Source of the DNA: a virus
IMG/VR virus record: IMGVR_UViG_3300017746_000009
Location: 1 to 62,781 of that record
Direction: 5' to 3' (one strand)
DNA: 62,781 bases
The notes beneath the pieces were generated by a model. The model did not search any database. It saw only the letters and a list, made by a program, of their open reading frames with translations, and was not told the DNA's origin. The position numbers and the translations under genes were made by a program. Positions 23,841 to 33,939 of this stretch are shown here, one piece after another (the stretch's first letter is position 1; each line of letters starts with the position of its first letter).

Positions 23841-26283
23841 CTTGTATATATTTTGCTAACTCTATGTATTCAGGACTGTCTGCTCCTAAATTGTTTCTTA
23901 TTTTAGCCAGATATGCTGCTGCTTTTGATGTGTCGTCTGGGTCAAATAGACCTTTAAATTGTTGGGCTATTTCATCAATCGTAGCTGTTCCATAACCTGA
24001 TTGTTTTTTACCTATGTCAGAAACAACTCTAAGAGTTGCGTCTTGTGTATTTTTAACAGCACCAGCGTTCAGGTTTAGCCCATACTGACCACTATTAACT
24101 AATCTTTCTCTATAGTTACCTAGTGTTTCATCTGTTCCAACAAAAGCAGTTTGATTTAAAAAACCGTCTCTTTTATTAGGGAAAGCAGCAGCAAGAACAC
24201 CCACTGTATTTCCTTCAGGATTATCTCCTAAAACTGTATCATTGTCAAATTGAGATTTAATAATTGTTGAGCCATAATCTATAGCATCTACTGCAAGGTC
24301 ATTTAATAATATTCTAAATTCTTTTTCTGAAGTAGCGTTAGCTCCTGCTCTGTTTAAAAATCTTTCAATATCTTTGTCAGAAATGTCTCGACCTTTTTGA
24401 TTATTTAACGCAGCACTTTGTAAGGCAAGTGTAAAAACTAAATTATTTATTCTTTTTTTACTTAAACCAGACTCTTGTAAAAATTTACCAAAAGGTGTAT
24501 CACTGATTGAATCAGAAAACTGTTTTTCAAATGCAGCAAAATTCATTAGTCCTTCATTGGAGTCTCTTTTTCCATTACCGTTTGCATCATTAAAAAATTG
24601 ATAGCCACTATCTGCTACAGAAAAACCTGTTTTTATTTGTGTTATTTCATCATCTATCCTTTTAGCAAAACCTAAAGCTTTACCTGTAGTACCAAAAAGC
24701 ACTGGACTTCCTGCAGCTACTGCTTCGTCTAGTATGCCTGTTATTTTATTATGAGTCCTTAAAATATTACCTACCTTAACATCAGTTTCTGCAAATAAAT
24801 CTCTACTTGAAGCAATCATTGCACTCCTTTTACCGTCATTTAATATACCACCAGCGTCTCCTTTGACTATAATTGGCATTCCTTTTGAATCAAAAATAAC
24901 TTCTGCTTGTGGTCCAGCAGGCACGTATTTTTCTCTGCCAGAAACAGTTAGTAAAAAACTTTTAGGAACAAACTCAAGTTCTCCAGTAAATCTGTTTTTA
25001 GCTTGTACTACATTAGCTGTGCCAACTTTATTAACTTGTGCTCCAGGATTTTTCGATATAATACCAGAGAATTCTTCAGGGTTATACATTCCACCAACAC
25101 CATTAACAGTATAATATGCTTTATTTTTTAATTGATTACCTGAACGTATTAAGGCACCATCTTTTTGAAGTTTAAGTATTTCTTCTTCAGCTAATAATTG
25201 TACTTTTCCAGGAGCGTTATCATCAGGAACACCGTCACCGTTTATATCTTGATAAATTGTGTACTCACTTACTTTACTGTTGGCTTCTGTGTATGGCGTA
25301 ATATTGTACATACTTTGATATTCACCAAGTTGTGCATCTGTTAAGAAAGTTACCCCATCTCGACCTTCCACTTTATAAGGTTTCCTGTCTGCTTTTAGCA
25401 AAGCTGTTTGTAAAGTTTGTTGACTTTTTCTATCAGAAATATACATATTTGCTGAGAAATTTTGTATATCTTGTTGCCTTTTAATATCAATACCGCTTAA
25501 AGTTTTTTCGTAAGCTTTTTTCTCTTTAGCTGTTTGACCCGCATAACCTAAAAAGGCTTTTGACAAAGCGGTACTCCAAGACTCATCTTTTTCACCTGAT
25601 TGTATTAGAGAAGCACCAGCGATTAAAAACGGTAATGTTTTATCTGGTTCTGGAACTAATTTTTTTAAATCGTCTGTGTTATAAAATAATTTTGCAGCAT
25701 CTTTATAAACTTCTATTTGATCTTTAGGGTCAAGGTTTTCTGATATAGAAAGCGAAGTCTGTATAGTGTCACTACTATCTTTATCATCATCAGCATCATT
25801 TGCAGAACCTGCGACACTAGCTAAAGTAAGTTTAGTTAATAAATCATCGGCTTCTTCTAAAGCTACTGTATCTGCATCTACACCTAATTTATTAAGTTTT
25901 TCAGCTATGTTAAGCTCTAAATTTCTGTCTGTTAAATTTAATTCTGGTGGACCACCAAGGCTTTTTACTGTCTCGTTTGCTACTTGTGTAAGATTCATTC
26001 CTCTATCAACCAAGTTTTCTATTTCTGTATTTTGCTCCTCCAGTAAAGAAGTTAAGCCCACGCCTTGTGGAGATATATCTGGCGTAGCAGGTCTTTGAGT
26101 CAATTGACTAATTTGATCTGCAGTCAAACCTGTCTGAGCTACTATGATATCTAGAGGAGCACCCTGAGAAATAAGATCTAAAGCTGTTTGAAATGGATTC
26201 ATTTCAGCACTTGTTGTCAGAGGCACATTACCTCTTTTTAAAAGATCCATTGGTATAAATGTATCTTTTATATTATAGTCCAT
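23830..26283 (-). CDS. large virion protein (817 aa; putative internal/ejection protein)
   Basis: Long ORF overlapping its neighbours by 11 and 1 nt; no motif recognised. Confidence 0.45.
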   Translation of the reverse strand: MDYNIKDTFIPMDLLKRGNVPLTTSAEMNPFQTALDLISQGAPLDIIVAQTGLTADQISQLTQRPATPDISPQGVGLTSLLEEQNTEIENLVDRGMNLTQVANETVKSLGGPPELNLTDRNLELNIAEKLNKLGVDADTVALEEADDLLTKLTLASVAGSANDADDDKDSSDTIQTSLSISENLDPKDQIEVYKDAAKLFYNTDDLKKLVPEPDKTLPFLIAGASLIQSGEKDESWSTALSKAFLGYAGQTAKEKKAYEKTLSGIDIKRQQDIQNFSANMYISDRKSQQTLQTALLKADRKPYKVEGRDGVTFLTDAQLGEYQSMYNITPYTEANSKVSEYTIYQDINGDGVPDDNAPGKVQLLAEEEILKLQKDGALIRSGNQLKNKAYYTVNGVGGMYNPEEFSGIISKNPGAQVNKVGTANVVQAKNRFTGELEFVPKSFLLTVSGREKYVPAGPQAEVIFDSKGMPIIVKGDAGGILNDGKRSAMIASSRDLFAETDVKVGNILRTHNKITGILDEAVAAGSPVLFGTTGKALGFAKRIDDEITQIKTGFSVADSGYQFFNDANGNGKRDSNEGLMNFAAFEKQFSDSISDTPFGKFLQESGLSKKRINNLVFTLALQSAALNNQKGRDISDKDIERFLNRAGANATSEKEFRILLNDLAVDAIDYGSTIIKSQFDNDTVLGDNPEGNTVGVLAAAFPNKRDGFLNQTAFVGTDETLGNYRERLVNSGQYGLNLNAGAVKNTQDATLRVVSDIGKKQSGYGTATIDEIAQQFKGLFDPDDTSKAAAYLAKIRNNLGADSPEYIELAKYIQDGN

Positions 26284-27596
26284 TATGTTTTACCTGAATT
26301 AAGAGCACCATAGGCACTAAGTCCTGTACCAAGAAGTTCCATACCTCTATTAGTAGAAGGCACACCAGTAGATTGTTGTTGTATTTGTGTTTGACCTAAT
26401 TGCGGAGCAAATCCTGCAGCTAAACCACCAATACCACTCAGTGTTTGTAATGGTAAATTGTATTGACCAACAAAGTCTCCGTATTGTTCATTTAGTCCTC
26501 TTTGAACTAAATCTTGTTGCATAGCACCCATGCCTAATAACGTATTCATATCTACACCTTGCATACCTTGTAGACCTTGACCTAAGTTAGCAAACTGTGC
26601 ACCACCTGCTAAACCGCTTCTTGCTGCTTGACCACCGATATTAGTCATATCTCTAGCAGCACCGCCATAAATATTAGCTAAGTTACCAGATAAAGAACCT
26701 ACTCCGCCAGCAGTTGTACCTAGTGTTCCTGCTAAGTTTTGCCCTAGCCCTGCTTGAGAAACTCCTATATTCCCCAACCTAGCTCCTATGTCAGATTGTT
26801 GCTTACCTAGTCCAGCAAGTAAACTTGCTTGTTGTAATTGTCTAGTTTGAGCGTCTCTAAAACCGCCTGAACGTATAGCCCCTAACTGTTTTGCTGCTCC
26901 TCTCGCTGAAGCTTCCATTAATTCTTCACCTAAGAGCCTACTACGAGAACCGCCAAAAGCTCCTGAGCCTATAGCCTGTGCTCTTCTATTGATATCTCCT
27001 TTGGCAAAACTTTCTTGCATATCTTGAAGAGTTTGTTGAACTACTTGATCTTCGTAAGGGTTATAAAAACTAGAAACATTACTAGGGTCTAAAGACCCTG
27101 CTGCTTGGTTTAACCTATCAAGTGCACCTGATTGTGTGCCTAAACCAGCAAGCAAAGATTGAAGACCTGTTTCAGTTGACGCTTCAGCTATGCCTGGCAC
27201 TCTTCCTAATATATCTCTTGCATCTTGAGTACCTTCTCTACCTGTAGTAATAGCGTCTTGTAAATAATTAGCAGAAGTGCCTAAAGCTAGGTCAGAATCT
27301 GTAAGAGCTCTACCTGTAGTGGCTGTTGCTTTATCTAAGTAAGGACTATAAGACCCTACTCCAGCTGTGCCTAACCTAAAGGCTTGTTGTTGTGCTGGAC
27401 TAAATCCCGCTATACGGTTGCCTTCGTATGTATAAGGGTTAGCCCCTTCTACACCAAAACCAGATATTCTATTAACAAGTTCTTGGTTTAATAGTGGCAT
27501 AATTCCAGGAACGTTTGCTCCTGGTCTACCTGCAAAAAACTCAGCTAAATAATTTGGTGGTAATTGTTCGGTAACTACATTAGTATTGTCTGCCAT
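26283..27596 (-). CDS. Gly/Gln/Ala-rich low-complexity virion protein (437 aa)
   Basis: Composition was read from the translation (GxGxxG and QQ runs); it is coupled to its neighbours by 1-nt overlaps. Confidence 0.45.
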   Translation of the reverse strand: MADNTNVVTEQLPPNYLAEFFAGRPGANVPGIMPLLNQELVNRISGFGVEGANPYTYEGNRIAGFSPAQQQAFRLGTAGVGSYSPYLDKATATTGRALTDSDLALGTSANYLQDAITTGREGTQDARDILGRVPGIAEASTETGLQSLLAGLGTQSGALDRLNQAAGSLDPSNVSSFYNPYEDQVVQQTLQDMQESFAKGDINRRAQAIGSGAFGGSRSRLLGEELMEASARGAAKQLGAIRSGGFRDAQTRQLQQASLLAGLGKQQSDIGARLGNIGVSQAGLGQNLAGTLGTTAGGVGSLSGNLANIYGGAARDMTNIGGQAARSGLAGGAQFANLGQGLQGMQGVDMNTLLGMGAMQQDLVQRGLNEQYGDFVGQYNLPLQTLSGIGGLAAGFAPQLGQTQIQQQSTGVPSTNRGMELLGTGLSAYGALNSGKT

Positions 27597-28831
27597 TATG
27601 CTCTACCTATCCCCATATTTTTTGCTTTATTTTCGTTTTTGTCCATCATAGCATATAAAGTTTCTATACCTTTATCATGATCTCCATCACCTATACCTTT
27701 AACAGCTTGTTTAGTTACTACAAACTCACCATCTGCAAGTATAGCGTTTACTGTATCTTTATCACCAGAACCTTCTGGGTCTTCTATATCTCCACCTGTG
27801 TTTCTTAAGTCAAGTGCTTCTCCACCAGAGTTTAAATTAGCACGGGCAAACTCAGGAAACATTAGTTTAATATAATCTTCATCACCAAGTGCGTTTCTTA
27901 TATAAGCATCTGTGGCTGGGTCAAGCCCAGTAGAAGTATTATTTGTTGAACCTTGACCGCTAAACCCTGTGTATGGACCGCTAGTACCTCCAGAAGAACC
28001 AGTTATCATTCCATCACCAGGAACGGAAGGCACTACTGCTTCACCTAATGGATTTTGTAAGTAACCACTTAAAGCACCAGATGGTCCTGGCATTTCTGCA
28101 GGTTCTTCTGGCTGAGCTTCTAGTACACCACTAGCATATAAAGGTAAACCTATAGCTGCTGCTTTTTCTAAAGTATTAAGAGTTTTAAAAGAATCTGATA
28201 TTCCTGGAACACCTCTCATACCAGCACCTACATCTTGGAAGAAACCACTTATGCCACCAGCACCTGCTGCTGCTGGACCTATATTAGCAGGGTTAAGAAA
28301 AAACGTACTTTTTTGTAAACCTACAGATCCGCCAGTTCCTGGTACTAGAGCTTCTGTGCCGAATGGGTTTAAACTCGATAAACCCTGATTAGGTTGTATT
28401 CCCATCCCTACAGCTACATTTGCTAAAACCATACCAGTTGCTGCACCTTTTAAAGCTCCGTCAAGACTACCAGTTTGCACACCGCCCCCAATACCGCCAC
28501 CTATCGTAGCACCCATTGGTCCACCTACAGCAAAACCTACTACCGTGCCGATAGTACCTGCTGCTTTTTTAAGACTTTTAGTAATTTTTTTAAGTTTAAA
28601 ACCAAACTCAGGAACACCAGTGATTGGGTTAAGTGAGTTTTCGTAATGACCTACACTGTATTGATTAGGGTTTAAGTCGTGACGCTCAAAAGCATTAAAT
28701 AATTCTCTTTTTAATATAGGGTCATTAGCTATAGGTCTAGGTAAGACCATTTCACCTGTACTCAAGTGACCAATCAATGTGTCGCCATAACGACCATGTA
28801 TAGCTATACTTTCTAAACCTTGAGGATTCAT
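27596..28831 (-). CDS. Gly-rich virion protein (411 aa)
   Basis: Central GGPMGATIGGGIGGG stretches; position in the internal-protein run. Confidence 0.45.
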   Translation of the reverse strand: MNPQGLESIAIHGRYGDTLIGHLSTGEMVLPRPIANDPILKRELFNAFERHDLNPNQYSVGHYENSLNPITGVPEFGFKLKKITKSLKKAAGTIGTVVGFAVGGPMGATIGGGIGGGVQTGSLDGALKGAATGMVLANVAVGMGIQPNQGLSSLNPFGTEALVPGTGGSVGLQKSTFFLNPANIGPAAAGAGGISGFFQDVGAGMRGVPGISDSFKTLNTLEKAAAIGLPLYASGVLEAQPEEPAEMPGPSGALSGYLQNPLGEAVVPSVPGDGMITGSSGGTSGPYTGFSGQGSTNNTSTGLDPATDAYIRNALGDEDYIKLMFPEFARANLNSGGEALDLRNTGGDIEDPEGSGDKDTVNAILADGEFVVTKQAVKGIGDGDHDKGIETLYAMMDKNENKAKNMGIGRA

Positions 28832-28873
28832 ATACTTATAATACTCCTATTATGAATAATACCTTTTTTAAGA

Positions 28874-29203
28874 TCATAATACTATCCTTGTGTTTCCGTT
28901 AGTTTGAACTGTTACTGAACCTACACTTAACATACCTTGTACGCCATGGTCCTCAACAGGGTCTGTTAAAGCTACCCAACGGTTACCAATATAGACTTCT
29001 AAAGATTGATTGTTCGTGTTCCAAATTAAACTACCTACGTTAAATCTAGCTCGGTTTTTATCGCTATCGTTTATTTGTCTAGTATTATCAGGGTCAAACT
29101 GACCTAGATTAAGTTCTAATAACCTAACTAATTTATTAAATGTGTCTGCTTCTACTGTTCCTTCGTAAGCTAATGGTAAGGTTGAAACTAATAATTTACT
29201 CAT
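28874..29203 (-). CDS. hypothetical structural protein (109 aa)
   Basis: ORF overlapping the upstream tail gene by 4 nt. Confidence 0.55.
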   Translation of the reverse strand: MSKLLVSTLPLAYEGTVEADTFNKLVRLLELNLGQFDPDNTRQINDSDKNRARFNVGSLIWNTNNQSLEVYIGNRWVALTDPVEDHGVQGMLSVGSVTVQTNGNTRIVL

Positions 29204-31062
29204 CGTCTGCCGTCAGGTTTTACATCAAAACGAGTAGCACCTAATCGCCAACCTGTGTCAGTGTTTTCAGGTATTGCGTCATCGTTTGATTCTAACCTAA
29301 GCACCATTTGTCTAGCTCTAGCTCTTACATGAGACTGTTTTGTTGTACTTGTGATTATATTCGTACTATTGGTCGTTAATGAGTCTCCTGGAAAATTTCG
29401 AGTTTTTAAAACCATGTTTACTTGTCCTGCATCGCTGTTATCTAAAAACTTTAAATCAGGTATTACTCTATTTACAAAAGCAAACTGTTCACCGTCTCCT
29501 AAATCAAAATCTGAGCTTTCTATAAAAACATTTGTCATAGGGTTTCCATCATCATTAAAACCTGTTTCATGTTGGTATAAATAGTTATCTTTTGCAGCAA
29601 CAGGGAAAGCTTGTACTCCTGTATCTAACCATGCTGTTCTTTCTAATTGTCCGTAAGACCATACATTTTCTGCGTAATTGTAAGTAACATATCGATCAAT
29701 TTCAGTACTAGAAGCTGAAGCATAGTACCAACCTACTTCATCAAATTGTGTGTTAGAAAAAGCAAAAACTTTAAAACCTTGACCTGAATTAAAATCGTCA
29801 AACACATAACTTAATACTGAACAAGGTACTTTTTTCACAGCTCCTGTATAGACATAAAAATTATCGTAACTCATCCAAAAAACTCCAGTAGGAGCAGTAA
29901 TTGCTGCGTTTGGTCCGATTAAACCTGTGCTTTCATTTATTAAATTTATACCAAAAGTAAAAGGTGGTCCAATAAACTGCATACTATATAGAGCTGTGTC
30001 GGTCCAAACTAAAATTTCTTGTCTAGCTTTTACACTACCGATAATTTGACTACCAGAAGATAATCTTAAACTACCTGCTGTATTTGTACTTAAAGGTTCA
30101 AATTGTAAAGGATCTTCTTGGTCACTAAAAGCTATAAGCATAGGATCAATACTTCCAGTTCTTGAATTACCAGATATTGGGTCTGCCCCTAACACAATCA
30201 AATGCCTGTCTTTTTCTGAAGTTAAAATTTGTAAACCAACAGTAGGAACTAAATTTGCACCAGAAGTAGTAGCTAATTCAACAGCACGTGTTGCTGTACC
30301 GTCATTTTCTACCCATCTATAAATACCTCCAGCTCTAACATTCATAATTAAATCTTCACCGTAATTATCATGTGACCATAAACGTAGTTGGTTTACATTT
30401 AAAAGAGGAGTAGCACTTCCCCAAGTGTTTGCCCCCCAAGTGCCTACTCCCCAACCTGTAGAAGAAACATAAACATCAAGACCAACATTTATTTGATAAG
30501 CTCCGTCAACGCTTGAGCCTCCATTACCTGTATCACTACTGTTTGCTGTAACTGCTACTCCTGAAGTATTTTTAGCAGATATAGTGTATGTATTGACGCT
30601 AGGGACAGTAAGTATTTGATATTCTTGGTTTAAAACATTAGAATTTATATTACCGCCTAAACCTACTGCTCCTGACAAAGTTACAAAATCTTCAGTTACA
30701 GCACCGTGATTAGAGTCTGTTACAGTTATCGTGCTTGAGCCATCAGTTGCAGAAAAAGTTACAGTATTATTGCTAGTTTTTCTTATAGGTGTAACGTCAT
30801 TAAATTCTGTTCCTTCTAAAACATAGTATTTTAAATTTGTCCCTATGCCTAAATATTTAGAACCAGATAAAGATATCCAATTTTTTAAAGCTCTTGCTGT
30901 ACCTAAATATGTTTCATTTATTAATTTTTCCCATCCCCCTATTTTTTGAGGTCGACCGTTTTTAAACCTAACTAAATTAACATCAAACCAACCACCTTCG
31001 TTATCGTAATCTGTTCCTTCTCTATTAATCCCAGGTCTAAATACAAACTTAGTTAAAGGCAT
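29200..31062 (-). CDS. putative tail protein (620 aa)
   Basis: The N-terminus FVFRPGINREGTDYDNEGGWFDVNLVRFKNGRPQKIGGWEK resembles N-termini I have seen on podoviral tail proteins. It sits next to the endolysin gene. Confidence 0.45.
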   Translation of the reverse strand: MPLTKFVFRPGINREGTDYDNEGGWFDVNLVRFKNGRPQKIGGWEKLINETYLGTARALKNWISLSGSKYLGIGTNLKYYVLEGTEFNDVTPIRKTSNNTVTFSATDGSSTITVTDSNHGAVTEDFVTLSGAVGLGGNINSNVLNQEYQILTVPSVNTYTISAKNTSGVAVTANSSDTGNGGSSVDGAYQINVGLDVYVSSTGWGVGTWGANTWGSATPLLNVNQLRLWSHDNYGEDLIMNVRAGGIYRWVENDGTATRAVELATTSGANLVPTVGLQILTSEKDRHLIVLGADPISGNSRTGSIDPMLIAFSDQEDPLQFEPLSTNTAGSLRLSSGSQIIGSVKARQEILVWTDTALYSMQFIGPPFTFGINLINESTGLIGPNAAITAPTGVFWMSYDNFYVYTGAVKKVPCSVLSYVFDDFNSGQGFKVFAFSNTQFDEVGWYYASASSTEIDRYVTYNYAENVWSYGQLERTAWLDTGVQAFPVAAKDNYLYQHETGFNDDGNPMTNVFIESSDFDLGDGEQFAFVNRVIPDLKFLDNSDAGQVNMVLKTRNFPGDSLTTNSTNIITSTTKQSHVRARARQMVLRLESNDDAIPENTDTGWRLGATRFDVKPDGRR

Positions 31063-31506
31063 TTAAACATTCTCCCAAGGTTTATTTTCAAACAACAATG
31101 CTTCTGCTTTTCTTCTTTTTACTAAACCCTCTAACACTTCTCCGTTTGATTTATTCCATCTTTTTATCTGTGTAGGAACACCTTCATAGTCTTTACTATT
31201 CAATACTTCTAAAAGTGTAGAAGTTATTAAGTTAGTTGGTCCTAGATTATACACCCAAGAACACAAAGAATCAAACTGATATTGTTCAAGATCGACTTTA
31301 ACTAAACCATTTACATAATCTTCATACTCACACATTTCACCAATCAACATATCGTTGGCTTCTTCTTGTGTAATAGTGTCTCCTTCTTTTACATTTTTTG
31401 TATGTCCGTAACCAATAGTTAAGACACCAGCAGGACAGACATAAGCATTAAGTTCACAGCCTTCGTATTTTTTAATTAATGCTAACCCCTCTTGAGATAT
31501 TTTCAT
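31063..31506 (-). CDS. GH24 (T4/lambdoid-type) lysozyme, endolysin
   Basis: EGCELNAYVCPAGVLTIGYGHT gives the E-x8-(D/C)-x5-T catalytic arrangement of GH24 endolysins. Confidence 0.85.
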   Translation of the reverse strand: MKISQEGLALIKKYEGCELNAYVCPAGVLTIGYGHTKNVKEGDTITQEEANDMLIGEMCEYEDYVNGLVKVDLEQYQFDSLCSWVYNLGPTNLITSTLLEVLNSKDYEGVPTQIKRWNKSNGEVLEGLVKRRKAEALLFENKPWENV

Positions 31507-31507
31507 T

Positions 31508-31873
31508 TTATTTTTGTTCAGTTGTTGTAACTTTCCTATAATAAACTACAACTTCTTTAAGTTCATTTATGTATCTTTTTAGTTCTTGCATATTATAAGC
31601 CATCAATTCATAATCTGGGACAGACATTGCTAGAAAAACTACTTGTCCTTGATCTTTTTCAACCCTAGCTAAAAACTCTTCTATATTTTTATCAGAAACA
31701 ACATACCAATATGGTTCTTTTAAATCAATACTTCTAGGCAAAATAGGTTGAGCTATGTTTCGCTCAATCGGTTTGCTTACTATATCTACTTGCTTAGGAA
31801 TCAGGCTGCAACTGCAGACCATCATCAAGGCTATCGATATTAGTACTGTCTTTTTCAATACTTTCAAATACAT
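31508..31873 (-). CDS. lipoprotein, candidate o-spanin (overlaps the i-spanin candidate)
   Basis: Signal/lipobox LISIALMMVCSC; an 80-nt out-of-frame overlap with the upstream TM/coiled-coil gene; position directly upstream of the endolysin. Confidence 0.45.
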   Translation of the reverse strand: MYLKVLKKTVLISIALMMVCSCSLIPKQVDIVSKPIERNIAQPILPRSIDLKEPYWYVVSDKNIEEFLARVEKDQGQVVFLAMSVPDYELMAYNMQELKRYINELKEVVVYYRKVTTTEQK

Positions 31874-32186
31874 CTTTTGTACCTTTATTTACTCTTGTTT
31901 CAATTAGTCCAGGTTTTGCTGCAGCTAATCTTGTTAAATCATGTCGTTTAAATATATCAAGGTATCTGTTCATTTCAGCTTCTATTTCTTGATTACGTAA
32001 CTGTATCTCTAATAAACCTTCTGTTTGTAAAGTAAAATCTTTCTGTAGTGATTCGATAGCTTCTTTTTGTTCTTGGTCTCTTAGTTCAAAAGCTTGGTTT
32101 AGTTTAGATAAATTAGCGTTTTGTACCCACAAAAAACTACAGAGCATTCCTAATACAACTATGATCCCTATAAATATTCTACTCAT
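31794..32186 (-). CDS. candidate i-spanin (N-terminal TM plus coiled coil)
   Basis: MSRIFIGIIVVLGMLCSFLWV is a TM segment followed by a heptad-rich periplasmic part; the architecture overlaps a lipoprotein gene. Confidence 0.5.
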   Translation of the reverse strand: MSRIFIGIIVVLGMLCSFLWVQNANLSKLNQAFELRDQEQKEAIESLQKDFTLQTEGLLEIQLRNQEIEAEMNRYLDIFKRHDLTRLAAAKPGLIETRVNKGTKDVFESIEKDSTNIDSLDDGLQLQPDS

Positions 32187-33939
32187 ATGTATATATTTTT
32201 AATTCTTCGGTTTTACCCTTCACTTTAATTGGTTTTAATAATTGTAACTTATAATTAGATTTTTGTTTAGTGTTTTCACCAATTAATAAATCAGTGCCCA
32301 CTTCTTTTGTAGCCGATTCTAATCTTGCTGCGGTATTTACTGCGTCTCCGATTGCGGTATAATCAAACCTAGATGAAGAACCCATATTACCGATTACTGC
32401 TTCTCCTGTGTTTATTCCTATTCCTATGGCTATCGCAGGTAAACCCTCTGCCTGGAGTTCTACATTAAGGTCTGACATATTTTGCCAAATATCTTGAGCA
32501 CAGTTAATTGCTGCGTCTTCATGATTTTTTAAGTTTAGTGGTGCGTTAAATATAGCCATCATTGCATCACCTATGTATTTATCTACCATACCACCGTGTT
32601 TTTGTACTGCGGTTTGTTGGGCAGTTAATGCTTTATTCATTATATACGTTACTTCTTCTGGAGTTACTGATTCAGACAAAGCTGTAAACCCCCGTACATC
32701 AGTAAATAAAAACGTAGCGTACCTTTTTTCACCACCTAGTTTTAATAGTTCAGGATTTTTTTGTAGTTGTTCTACTTGCCTAGGGTCAAGGTAATGTTCA
32801 AATTGTTTTTTAATTTGTTGTCGTAATTTATATTGCTCTCTAAAACGAAAATAAAATATTATAGACCCTACAGTAAACTGACTTATAATGCTCCAAGAAA
32901 CGTCAATTAATAGCCCTTGTTTTATGATATAGTATCCTAAAAGCGAAGTTCCTATCATAAGGAAACTAAAACTTGTAACTCCTGCAGTGACGCCAAAGTT
33001 GCTCAATACAACCCAAACTAAAAGCAGGGATATAACTAAAATTAAAACTTCAATGGCTATGCTATAGTCAGGAATAAATGGACTATTTTCTATCAATATT
33101 GATTCTGCTAGTGCTACTTGTACCTTGTGTGGTTCAAGTAACCCAACTGGGGTAGCTAGTTGAGGCATTATACCTTTAGCTGTAACGCCAATAAAAACAA
33201 ACTTATTTTCTACGTTTAATTCTTTGAGTGTAGTTTCGGGAGTATTTACCCAACTTATCCATTTTCTACCAAGTGAGTCTACTTTTACAGGAGGTAGTCC
33301 TTTTACTGTTACTTCTTCTATACCGTTTTCATTTGTTTTAATTATATAAGTCTTAGCTCCTGTAAGAGCTTTTAAAACCTGTGTACCAAAACTTGCTATC
33401 CATCCTTCAGGAGTTCTATATAAAAGGGGAATTCTTCTTACAAGGTTATCAACATCTACAGGAGCAGATGCTATCCCTTCTAAAGCATTTAATCCATCGA
33501 TGTTTTTTACTATCCCTTGTGATAAATAACCTCCTCTGCCTTCTCCTAAAATTACTGTGCCTTCTGTTTTAGGGTATACCTGATTGTCATTTTCAAACAT
33601 AGCTATAACAGAAGGAGAATATGAAAGAGCTTGTTTAAAATACTCGTCTCCGCCTAACCTATCTTTATGAGGAAAAGCTAAAACCCAACCTACTCCTAGT
33701 GCTCCTTTATTGAGAATGTCTATGTGTATGTTTGCTAAAGTTTCTCTGGGGAAAGGGTAGCCCCCAGCTTTATCTACATCTTCTTCTGTAAGATTTAATA
33801 TCACAAAATTACCAGAAGGGTCAGGTGTATCTACTAAAACATCAAAAAGTTTTAATTTTAAAATATTTAAAGCTACTGGTTGAAAAACCAAAGGAAGGGT
33901 GAATATGAAAATTAAAATAAATAAAATTCTTAGCTTCAT
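32179..33939 (-). CDS. CHASE2-sensor class III adenylate/guanylate cyclase (predicted adenylate cyclase)
   Basis: An N-terminal TM is followed by an extracytoplasmic domain of about 280 aa, three TMs (VLILVISLLLVWVV..., FSFLMIGTSLLGYYII, IISQFTVGSIIFYF), then ATFLFTDVRGFTALSE, VDKYIGDAMMAIF, IGIGINTGEAVIGNMGS and RFDYTAIGDAVNTAARLES. Confidence 0.85.
   Translation of the reverse strand: MKLRILFILIFIFTLPLVFQPVALNILKLKLFDVLVDTPDPSGNFVILNLTEEDVDKAGGYPFPRETLANIHIDILNKGALGVGWVLAFPHKDRLGGDEYFKQALSYSPSVIAMFENDNQVYPKTEGTVILGEGRGGYLSQGIVKNIDGLNALEGIASAPVDVDNLVRRIPLLYRTPEGWIASFGTQVLKALTGAKTYIIKTNENGIEEVTVKGLPPVKVDSLGRKWISWVNTPETTLKELNVENKFVFIGVTAKGIMPQLATPVGLLEPHKVQVALAESILIENSPFIPDYSIAIEVLILVISLLLVWVVLSNFGVTAGVTSFSFLMIGTSLLGYYIIKQGLLIDVSWSIISQFTVGSIIFYFRFREQYKLRQQIKKQFEHYLDPRQVEQLQKNPELLKLGGEKRYATFLFTDVRGFTALSESVTPEEVTYIMNKALTAQQTAVQKHGGMVDKYIGDAMMAIFNAPLNLKNHEDAAINCAQDIWQNMSDLNVELQAEGLPAIAIGIGINTGEAVIGNMGSSSRFDYTAIGDAVNTAARLESATKEVGTDLLIGENTKQKSNYKLQLLKPIKVKGKTEELKIYTYE

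Noticed and set aside
20850-26283. Whether the 996-aa and 817-aa proteins could be a split virion RNA polymerase (N4-like) or carry a lytic transglycosylase domain
   Set aside because: I found no polymerase motifs (no T/DxxGR or palm-Asp motif context) and no lysozyme or transglycosylase catalytic motif. They are called only as large putative internal virion proteins.
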